Below are positions 1 to 9,720 of a stretch of 64,000 nt of DNA, in pieces. The first letter of the stretch is position 1. Each line of letters begins with the position of its first letter. The stretch is from contig JBHGNT010000017.1 of assembly GCA_043228905.1 (NCBI GenBank), positions 11,284,001-11,348,000 on the forward strand, given 5' to 3'. The notes beneath the pieces are model-generated. The model made no database searches. It had not been told where the DNA came from and was given only the letters and a program-made list of their open reading frames with translations. The position numbers were made by a program, and so were the translations under genes. The DNA is from Azolla caroliniana (taxonomy: Eukaryota; Plantae; Polypodiophyta).

Positions 1-1675
1 GTATGTCTAAGTTGATATACACATTAGGGGAGGGTTCGGTTTCACATGTGATGTTTAATGGAGGAGTAACCCAACCAATTTCTATTCGGAGGTCAGTTAG
101 ACAAGGATGCCCGGTAAGTCCTTTACTATTCACTATTGTGACACATCCTATTCTTGTTAAGTTATGGCTATGGGGGAAGAATTGCTTGGACTAAGGTTGC
201 CATCAGGGAAGCCATGTATTGTTCAAGCTCTCACAGATGATCATATTATGTTTTTGGCACCTAATCGGGAAAATATTAGTAAGACAAGAGATGTGTGGGA
301 ATTGTTTTCAAATGCTTCGGGGTTGAGAATTAATATACATAAATCTGTCCTCATTTCATGTACAGAACAAGATGTGTTAGGGTTGGGGTGGTCAGGAAGG
401 ATAGTACATCGTGGTATGATTTGTCGTCATCTTGGATATCCAATTGGGGTGGAAGTTTCTCATGTGAAACTTATTGAGTGGGTATCCAAAAGGTTGGAGG
501 ATAAGTTTATGTATTGGAGGTCTCAATTTTGGCCTTTTCATGTACGACTTAAGGTGTTCCAATTGATTATGGTCTCTATGGTATCTTATTATCTTCCTTT
601 GCTCCCATGGTCAAAGAAAGCTCTTGAAATGTTGTCACGCTCGATGCGAATGTTGTTATGGAAAAGAAAAGGGAAAAGTGCCTTGTCATGGTTGGCATGG
701 GATCATGTTTGTACTCCGGAGCGTCTTGGTGGGGCATCAATATTGAATCTATATGAGCATATGGTGGCTCGTCGATTTACTTTCATTCGATTCATGTTTG
801 AAGGTGTACAACCTTGGACAGAAATGGTGGCATACTTTATAGAGAAGAACGGAATAAAGCTTGGAAACATGAAGGTTGAAGTGAATTGGTGGAATGTAAT
901 TAATTCTGACAGGGATGTCAAATGTACAGGGTCTATGATAGTTAATCATTTGTTGACATCTTGGCAAAGTATGTTGGATTTTGTGGAATGGCATCCCCCA
1001 CAAGAAAGGGGATGTGCCAATTCATTACAAATGGAGGTTTTGGCAACATCAAGGTTGTTGAGGTGGGAAGGTAAACAAATTCTTAACCTTCAATTTAATC
1101 GGATGGCTAGATTGGGTTTGGTAAGAGTTAAGGATGCTATGTTGGTTTCACAAAGAAGATTAATGGCTTTTCGAACAATAAGATCAACATTTCGTATTCC
1201 AAAAGGTTATAACTTTATTTGGGATAAGTTGCAACAAATACTATCTTCGCATGAGCCAATTCCTAATTTAGATGGGGGATCTCAAGAGCTTGATTGGAGG
1301 TTTGTTGGAAATAAGAGATTGACTATGATCTCAACGAATGTTGCTTATCACAAGTTGATTGACAAACATAAGTGGTTGGAAGAAAGGGTTATAAAGATAT
1401 GGGGTTTTCATAAGCCCATTACTTGGTGGTTTCATGTGATCAAGGCAGGTTGGTGTTCTCGATTGATGCTACGAGCCAAGGTATTTATTTGGAGAGTTAT
1501 GGTTGGAGCTTTACCATTAGGGGATGCATTAAAAAGAAGAAACATTACTAAAGGATTGTGTTTCTTTTGTTCGGTGGAATTGGAACATAGTAGGCATCAA
1601 TTTATTTCATGCCCGATGGCAAGGATGGTTTGGAGGTGTATCAGTTTAGTGTGGATGTCTCTAACAGGAGTAAGT
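1..1675 (+). mobile_element. LINE (L1-clade-like) ORF2 remnant: RT domain to C-terminal zinc-knuckle region, frameshifted near 164-194
   Basis: RT motifs VRQGCPVSPLLF, degenerate YADD (LTDD), SGLRINIHKS, HLGYPIG and W..VC.P...GG; zf-RVT-like FIWRV..GALP...C.FC...E...H.FISC. Confidence 0.9.
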
Positions 1676-1756
1676 CCTATTGTAGAAGAGAAAGAAGAAG
1701 TAAAAGAGAAAGAAGAAGAAATCGATGATGATATGGGATTCTCATTGTTTGATTAA
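1676..1756 (+). pseudogene. C-terminal fragment of a 60S acidic ribosomal P-protein (P0/P1/P2 family), in frame with the LINE ORF
   Basis: Translates EEKEEVKEKEEEIDDDMGFSLFD*, the conserved eukaryotic P-stalk C-terminus (EESDDDMGFxLFD). Confidence 0.85.
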
Positions 1757-1839
1757 AATTAATTAATTCAACTATCCGAGTAGAAGTAGCATCTTTTTGT
1801 TTGCATTTTTTATCGGCCTTTTCCATTTTATTGATTCTA

Positions 1840-1876
1840 AACACCGGGACATTTGAAACAGGTAATATGTCGCATT
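1840..1876 (+). repeat. Left terminal inverted repeat
   Basis: AACACCGGGACATTTGAAACAGGTAATATGTCGCATT is the exact reverse complement of 9141-9177. Confidence 0.95.
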
Positions 1877-2641
1877 CTCTTTTTCACATCTTGAGGAGAT
1901 GTTAAAATATGCCTTATTTTAGCAGAATTTCAAAAAGGTACCACGCATGTGTACATGGTTCCTTAAAACATAGCAAAAATTTCAACTAAATAATTTTATG
2001 TCAAGAAAATCAATAGCCTTATATTTCATATGTCATGTTTTTGGTGAAATTCTAAATTAACAGAATGGAATTATATGCAACTTTAATCATTTGAACCGTA
2101 ATTGTGGCGAAGATAAAAATAGTTGCCCACGCCAAGAATGACATAGATGCTAATTTTATAATATAATCACATATAATACGTCAAACTTTAAAACTTAATA
2201 GTGTTATAACTCTAGAAGGTAGAAATCAAAGATAAACATTTAATACCCTTAAAATTATAGACTTAGTCAAATTATACATAAATCAAATACTAAAGATTAT
2301 CCGCACACAACGTTTCTAGATGACCCATCCTTGCACTATTGATGGCCAAATCATCTATAAAAACCCTTGCAGACTTTCCAAAGAAAGGTTGAAGAACATG
2401 TAAAACATTAATACCATTCAAATTATACACTTTGCCATATAAATCAATAAGACTTTAGGAAATGCATAAGGCTAAATAAACTCAAACTTTAAGTTTTAAT
2501 TGTGTTCAAATGAAACAATAGTCACAAGTCAATGTCTAACATTTAATATCGTTCAAATAATACACTTAACCATAGAAATCAATCTATAAGCAAGCCAGGC
2601 AACGTGGGCTCTTCTGGATGAATGGACTCTTCTAAATTGTC

Positions 2642-5600
2642 CTATGTAGCATTGATTGTTTGCTCCGATGAACCATGCATATGTTCAAATTCTATTACAT
2701 ATTCTAGGTCCACAAGGTCCCCTGCGTCTTCATCTATAGGTTCCATTAGCTCTCTCAAAGTCATCTGAAACATCTCTGTTTCATTGATGTGCTTCGCTCC
2801 GACTTCTTGATCTTGATCCGGACAATCCCAGATTCCTTGGATCTTCATTTTGATGTAGTTAACTTGTTCAGGGTCCTTCTCCAACACGACACAATTTCTG
2901 AACATTTTTAATGCATAAGTTGTAGTAGTACCTGATCGTAAAATAGAAGTGCAGAAGTCAAAATAATAATGAAAGTCTATAACTTAATCAAATTAACGAG
3001 ACTAAACTTATATTACATATACCTGTGCCAGAGAACAAATCTAGAACCCAATCATCTGGGTTTGAGAAGAGCTCGATTAAGCGGTTGATCAATCTTTGAG
3101 GTTTTTGATAAGGGTTCACAAGGCTCTTTTCACCTGATACATGTCGAAGCTTCTTTGTCACAGCTGGGCACATTATATAATTTACAACGTTTCTTTCGTT
3201 AACGTGTGCCCGAGCCTTCTTCTTCGTTATTACATCATAATAACCCTCACTAAGATGCTCAACTGCACTGACCATACGATCGCTCGGGCTACGTGTAATA
3301 TTTGTTTTAATCCTATTGAACCCAAAACAAATGAGTTAAAATTTGAATGGAACATATATAAACCACATATCTAAGAGAATATTATCAAAAAACAACTTAT
3401 AACTCACCAATGCATATGCTCTGTTGCATGACATCGTGACTTTAAAGTAATTGTGACTGACAATGATTGACCCATGCTATGAAATATGAATATCCTCCAC
3501 AATGGTGCTAAGGTCAACTCTGCAAAGTCCTTTACCATCTTCTCAATCTGGGGGTACTTGAAAGGCACATCATCGAACATGGAACACGTGATTCGGAATC
3601 CATACGGTATATCAACAATAAGTAATGTATAGTGCCTTTTTGGTAATATGTCGAGCATATTCACCACATCCCCCTGGAATACACTATAATGTAATTGTTT
3701 GAAAGGGTCAGCTCTATGCAAAAAACTTTTTACCGTTGCGAAGTCCTCCGCCACTTCCAACTCCTTTCCCTTTGTCATTCTTTTTTCATATTTAGCACGT
3801 TCCAAGTGCGTAATGAACGAACTTGGAATACCGTCATTACTATCACCAACTTTCTTTGATCGAGGTGGTTTCTGCAAAATTCATTTCCTATAAGGAATAT
3901 ATCTGATAAATGATAATTGAATCTTTTCAAATTGAAAATACACATACCCATTCTCTAAGTACAATGAAGAACTCTTCTAATGCCTTATATGATGATGTTA
4001 TTGGGCAAGCTTGTTCGACTTCTTCCCAGGTTGGTAGGCACAATTTTTTCATCATCAATTCTTGTATCTTCATGTATACTTTATGACTAAAAATAAAATA
4101 TTAAATGTGAAATCAGTTATCAAAGGAAATGCACAAGAATAAAGAAAAACATTTCAATTTTACATACTTTTGTAACTCAGTCACCATCTCGTCCAAGCTA
4201 AACTCCTTGGCTGCAACTCGAGACAACATAGATATTAACAATCTATCGTCTTTAATTCCTTCTAGTGACCTCCAAGGTAGCAACTTCATATCTTCGGCCA
4301 ACTCCTCAATAAATAAGTCACTTTTACGTGACTTTGTCTTCATCTCCACTTGTGGATCTACCTTGGCCTTCTTTGCCCGTTGACCTTTGACCTCCTTGCG
4401 CTCCCACATGCCAAATATTCTATCCTGGAGATCCCATACCTCACCTGTTCTAAAGGCAAGCTGAAACCATGAGTCATATTTCTGTAGCCCTTCAGATTTC
4501 GTACTCTCGTCAACCACAATACCCACTTCTAGTAAACATTGACGTCGTAAGCCAGGGTTCAACTTGGGTCCAAATCTTTGCAACGCATCCAAATACTCAT
4601 GGTGAAAGAATCTGATGCGTTCGATACAAGACATCTTTTGTCTATAATCATTATCATTGTTGTGGTCCCAAGCTAACAACTTGGCCTCTTCATGAGTAAG
4701 ACCTGCATATACTTTACATTCTGCGTACTTAAAAAACGGAGTGAGTGGATATTCCTTGACGAGTTGACGTCGGGCTTCAGCTGAATGAGATCCTCCGATA
4801 ACATAATAAGTATAATCATCTGAAGAGCTATATTTAAAATCAGCAATTGTCGGACATTGTTCAGGGTCTACCATAACCAAAAAAGGTACGACGGTTGCAT
4901 GTGGATTTATCTTCATTTTGCTTTTCAAATTTTGTACATGCACTGCATGTGGCTCTCTAATCTCGAGCGTGCGTCTTCCAGTTTCAGGGTCGATGGGCGG
5001 CCTTTGAATTGAAGAAATTGGTAGATGGAAGAGTTTACCTTTTCGCACTGGTTTGGTCCTAGCTATATTTTCTCTAATCCGGTTTTGCTCAGAAGTCAAT
5101 ACACCGGAAGATATTTGCCCTCCTTGAGGGACAATTTCAAGTTGTTGTTCATCGTCTTCTTCTTCCTCGAACTCCAAGATGTCGAGGTCCTCGTCATTAG
5201 ATATTTGTCGTTTTTGATATTTTTTATGTTCCGGTTTTGTTTTCCGAGACTTTTTAGGTGGAGTCTCTGCTTTTGTGCTCATCATATTCCGGTAACATAA
5301 GGCCGAAGAGCTACAATAAGATTATTCTTTGTTTGCATATCTTTTCGCAAAGATTTTGGGTGGTATACATCAGGTACTAGGTTTCCTTCATCAACTTGCA
5401 CTCGCTTTATACCACCTGAGCTCTCAACTTCGAGGAAGATAATGGATGAATCACTGTCTTCATATTCTAAATTACGAACTTTACCATAGGGGATGGTCTT
5501 CCCTAATTCAAGCTTTCCTTTTCCTTCCGATGTGGCAAATATGAGGAGCAATACCCCATCTTCTTCGACGTAAGCGAGACTCCATTCTACGTGTGAATAA

Positions 5601-6918
5601 TTTTTTAGCTTATGCTCCGTGGACTTATCTTCTAGGAGCATAATTTGTTTATTTTTCGTATTCCTTACGGATGATTTCGAGGTCCCATCACCTCCGGACT
5701 CGAATAATGATCGTTGAAACTTTTCTTTTAAAAAACTCTTCGAGTCATGTTTTGTCGGAGACCGGAACTTCAACTTGAAAGAGGGCACCTTCGAACGGGG
5801 CTCACTGGGGGAAAAAAACAAAATATTTGCGTGAAATAAATGTAAAATATATGTGAATACACCAAAACACAACTAAATTCTCTTTAATACACCGTAGTAC
5901 ACGTAAAATACACATAAAACGCACCTAAATACACGTAAGTACACCTAAATACCCTTAACTACATGTAAAACACACCTAAATACACTAAACACAACTGAAT
6001 ACTCTCCAATACACCTAAGTACACGTAAGTACACCTAAACACATACTAAACACAACTAAATACTCTCCAATACACCTAAGTACACGTAAAATAAACATAA
6101 AACACACCTAAATACACGTAAGTAGACCTAAACACTACTAAATACATATAAATACACCTAAGTACATGTAACAGACACGTAAATACGATGAAATACACCT
6201 AAACATACATAAAATACATCTAAATATACCTAAAATAAAGCTAGCACGTCCTCTGAAATCCGATGCACTGCATCGGATTTCAGAGGTTTTCTGATAATCT
6301 CCTCCCTAATCCGATGCACTGCATCGGATTACAAAGGACATCCTCTAGAATCCGTTGCACTGCATTGGATTTCAGAGGTTTTCTGATCATCTCCTCCCTA
6401 ATCCATTGCACTACATCGGATTAGGGAGGAAATCCTCTGAAATCAGAGGTTTTCTCATCATCTCCTCCCTACTCCGATGCATTACATTGGATTAAGGAGG
6501 ATATGATCAGAAAACCTCTAAAATCCGATGCATTGCATCGGATTAGGGAGGATTTTCTCCCTAATCAATGTAGTGCATCGGATGCATCGGATTTCAGACG
6601 ATGTCGTATCATATCCTCCCTAATCAATGTAGTGCATCGGATTAGGGACGATAACCTCTTATTCTTATGTATGTGTTGTCTTAATTTCCTATCTACCCCG
6701 ATGCAGTTCATCAAGTTAGGGAGGAAGTACTTTCTAATCCGATGCACTGCATCGAATTAGAGAGGACATCCTCTCAAGAAACCGAAGAAATTATACATAC
6801 ACCAAACTAATTATAATTAAAGTCACTCAATTTTATAAATAATAAAAAGGAATCTTTATGGTATCTTTAAATTTGGGTAATAGAAGACTTACTTGCCAAC
6901 TGTCTTGCTCGATTTCAT
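2642..6918 (-). CDS. Spliced ParB/Srx-like domain + beta-class N6-adenine/N4-cytosine DNA methyltransferase fusion, about 950 aa, with one probable frameshift near 5290. Predicted exons: 6918-6893, 5804-4168, 4086-3948, 3871-3408, 3312-3023, 2931-2642
   Basis: All five introns are GT-AG with compatible phases. ParB-like: LPISSIQRP..IRE...V..LK..M..NP...YVIGGSHSAEARRQL. MTase motifs in beta order: QGD...LLIVDIPYG (motif IV, 3602-3613), HWIKTN...E, QKPQRLINRLIELFSNPDDWVLDLFSGTGTT (X/I), RNCVVLEKD (II). Confidence 0.85.
5858..6236. repeat. Degenerate minisatellite (AAATACACCTAAGTACACGT-like units) in intron 1 of the MTase gene
   Basis: Many imperfect units of about 10-11 bp, such as AAATACACCT, AAGTACACGT and AAACACAACT. 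Confidence 0.85.
6250..6760. repeat. Array of about 10 palindromes with core ATCCGATGCA-N-TGCATCGGAT
   Basis: The first copy has perfect 18-bp arms (6250-6286). Further copies lie near 6308, 6349, 6400, 6473, 6522, 6564, 6622, 6697 and 6736. Confidence 0.9.
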
Positions 6919-7287
6919 GTTAGACTAGTTGTTGACAATGTGTTGATGAATGCTGAAAACGATGTCTTTTTCTAAAGAGTGTTATGAGCTCTTGAAACGT
7001 GTAAGAGATAATGAGCGGTAGATCTCTATTTATATAGTTAACTTAAATTGTTTTTTTGGAAAATAAAATAATTATTTTAAAAAAAAAAGATTTTCTCTTA
7101 AAAAAATACAATATTACACAATAAATTATTATAAAAAATTTACAAAATTAAATAATAATATGATGTCAATATACCTTATCTTTTATCCCAAGATGTCTTC
7201 ATATGGTTTATGTTCGTAGACTAGATCTTAAATTCCTAAACTTCTACTTAAACAAGAGAAAGGTGTTAATTTAAGTTAGGCTTCAAG

Positions 7288-8897
7288 ATGTCATGTGCTT
7301 CGTGTAGATCATCCTTGTTTTCAGTGGACCCTTATGCTTTATCGAGTAACTCATATTTCTCAGTCGATGAGTACAAGGTCCCAAGTGTTTCAAAGGGTCC
7401 AGGTGAAAATGTTAGTTGTGATGTTGGTAATAATTCAAACTCACTTTTCTCAATTGACCCTTTCAAGAGGCCAGGACAAAGTGGTATACAGCTAGAGAAA
7501 ACAAAAACTCGACTGTTTTCGGTTACTTAAGCATGCTAGTAGAGAAAGGTTTATTTAAGAAGATTAAGGTTAACTTCTTACTAGTTGGTCATACCCATGA
7601 TCATATAGATCAAATGTTTAATAGGTTCTCAAAGAAATTAGCACGATGTGATGCTTTCACACTTCCTACGCTAACAACGTTGATCAGTGAAGCTTATACC
7701 CCGAAGCCCGAAGTACATCAGTTGAATGAAGTTTATGATTTTAAACGCTTCTGGATGGATGGTGATGGGGCTCAAGGTAGGGTTCTTGCACCTCTGAATA
7801 ATATAAGTTTTAACCATGTCTTCCTCATAAAACGAAGTGATATGAGCCACAACACGACGATGTTGTATGCAAAACAATACTCATCTAGTTCACAATGGGA
7901 GCCACAAGAGGGTTGTAGGTTCTTACTTCATTTTTCAAATACAGAAATTCATGGTGCAAAACAAATGTCGTATGATGACCATAAAAAAATGGTTCATAGC
8001 AACTCAATTGATGAGAAAAATATATATTGGATGCGATGCCTTGAAGAGAAACAAAGAAATATTGAGCGCACCAAGAAGTATGTTGGTGATCAAGATGTTC
8101 AATGGTGGCATACCTTCTTTAACCATCAACATACAATTTTAAACAACTACATTGCTAGAGTATGGCCAATCCAAAATGCTTTCACATGGAACATTGGTAT
8201 GCTGTCAATAGTTTCACCTGCTAACCATCAATTAATTGGTAATGTTGAACTCAATAATCTAGTTCGCCCACGACAGAGAGATATTTATGTGGGACCAAGA
8301 ATATCGCGTACTGCAGAGGCAAGATGGAAAGGCAGTTTGCATGAACTACAAGTTGGGATGTTAGTTGCAACATTAGCTGGGGATGATGAGTTGGGCCATC
8401 CATTTTGGATTGCTAAAATTTTGGATATAATGAAGGATGAATCAGGCAATCAAGTTAAGTCCATTGTGGTTCATTGGTATCACACCTCTTCACCAAATCC
8501 ATTCACTGGAAAGTACTCTTTAGAGATGGTTAAGGATGTTGAAGGCACAAGTAGAAAGCGAAGAAGAAAGAATCTACCAACCACGTCTTTTCTTACATTG
8601 GATAATGTTGACATACTAGTGTATGACTTCTCCTTGACCAAAACAGGCCATCTAAGACAAACCACAATCAAGATATTAAAAGAGAAGATCCCAAATGCGG
8701 CTCCAACCACTACACAAAGACAAACAAGAAGCATGTCTCATAACCATGGTGATGTTGGATTGCAATTGGATGAAGACAATGCATTGGTTGCCAGTGATGA
8801 TGAGGATGATACCTCACAAAGCTCTTCTAGTTCTTCGGATGGGTCTGAAAATGATGGCATAGACTTGGAAAGCGATAGTTTGACACATGATCTGTAG
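7288..8897 (+). pseudogene. Sola-like DDD transposase, internally deleted near 7486, with a C-terminal BAH/SH3-like domain and acidic tail
   Basis: In frame upstream of ORF 7533 reads TARENKNSTVFGYLSMLV (truncated DNxxxxNKN motif), then FLLVGHTHDHIDQMF. C-terminal region: VGMLVA...PFWIAKILDI...VVHWY. Confidence 0.75.
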
Positions 8898-9140
8898 ATA
8901 TTGAATTGTACATCAAAATGTCAGTTAACGAATATGTATACATATAGGTGGTAGTCATTTTGTACATTCTTTTGTAAGTTTGGCATGTCTATTATTTAGG
9001 CATTTTTTGAAAGACCTACAATTTTGGACATGCTTAAAATCAATATATTTTTGGGTCATTTTTGAAAATCCTTTATGCATGTGGCACCCCTTTTTGTCAA
9101 TCAACCTATTTTGTGTCTTTTTTTGACGGATAGTTCTTAA

Positions 9141-9177
9141 AATGCGACATATTACCTGTTTCAAATGTCCCGGTGTT
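9141..9177 (-). repeat. Right terminal inverted repeat
   Basis: AATGCGACATATTACCTGTTTCAAATGTCCCGGTGTT, followed by TSD TTCTA. Confidence 0.95.
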
Positions 9178-9211
9178 TTCTAGTTGCTTAGAAAAAGTAG
9201 CTATTGGGAAT

Positions 9212-9720
9212 TTATTTGTAAGGGGTTTTTCTTCATGACATGGATGTATGTATGTTTACATTTTGGAGTTGTCAATAGTAAGTGAGTTGCTTTGGTTTGA
9301 GAGAGAGAGAGAATAAAACAAAGCAAAAAGAGCAAGAGAGAAGGACCCATGAGCGTGATCGACCTCTTCGAAGTGGCCTCCTTTCGCAAGCAAGGATGTG
9401 TAGGATGAGCTACAAGAAGGTGAGAATTTGTGGCCATTAGGATCCAAACCACTTTTCGAGGGTTATTTGTAAGGGGTTTTTCTTCATGACATGGATGTAT
9501 GTATGTTTACATTTTGGAGTTGTCAATAGTAAGTGAGTTGCTTTGGTTTGAGAGAGAGAGAGAGAATAAAAGAAAGCAAAAAGAGCAAGAGAGAAGGACC
9601 CATGAGCGTGATCGACCTCATCGAAGTGGCCTCCTTTCGCAAGCAAGGATGTGTAGGATGAGCTACAAGAAGGTGAGAATTTGTGGCCATTAGGATCCAA
9701 ACCACTTTTCGAGGGTTATT
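9212..9720. repeat. Near-perfect tandem duplication, unit about 251-253 bp
   Basis: 9212-9462 repeats at 9463-9715, differing by a GA unit and a few substitutions. Confidence 0.95.

Larger units (their letters stand above)
1840..9177. mobile_element. TIR DNA transposon (Sola-like transposase) carrying a ParB-methyltransferase cargo gene
   Basis: 37-bp perfect TIRs at 1840-1876 and 9141-9177; TTCTA direct repeats at 1835-1839 and 9178-9182; two divergent genes inside. Confidence 0.9.

Noticed and set aside
3313-3407. Alternative acceptor at 3371 for MTase intron 4
   Set aside because: It gives a 37-nt intron and an immediate TGA; the 3313 acceptor restores the conserved W.K motif.
2642-5872. 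Bacterial contamination or a prophage operon of separate ORFs
   Set aside because: The fragments join through canonical GT-AG introns and lie within TIRs flanked by plant repeats.
6250-6760. CRISPR array
   Set aside because: The palindromic repeats have repetitive, non-unique and irregular spacers, there are no cas genes, and they lie in a eukaryotic intron.
1842-9175. CACTA/Transib classification from the CAC...GTG ends
   Set aside because: No TSD at those boundaries, and the transposase motifs do not resemble Tnp2 or RAG1-like proteins.
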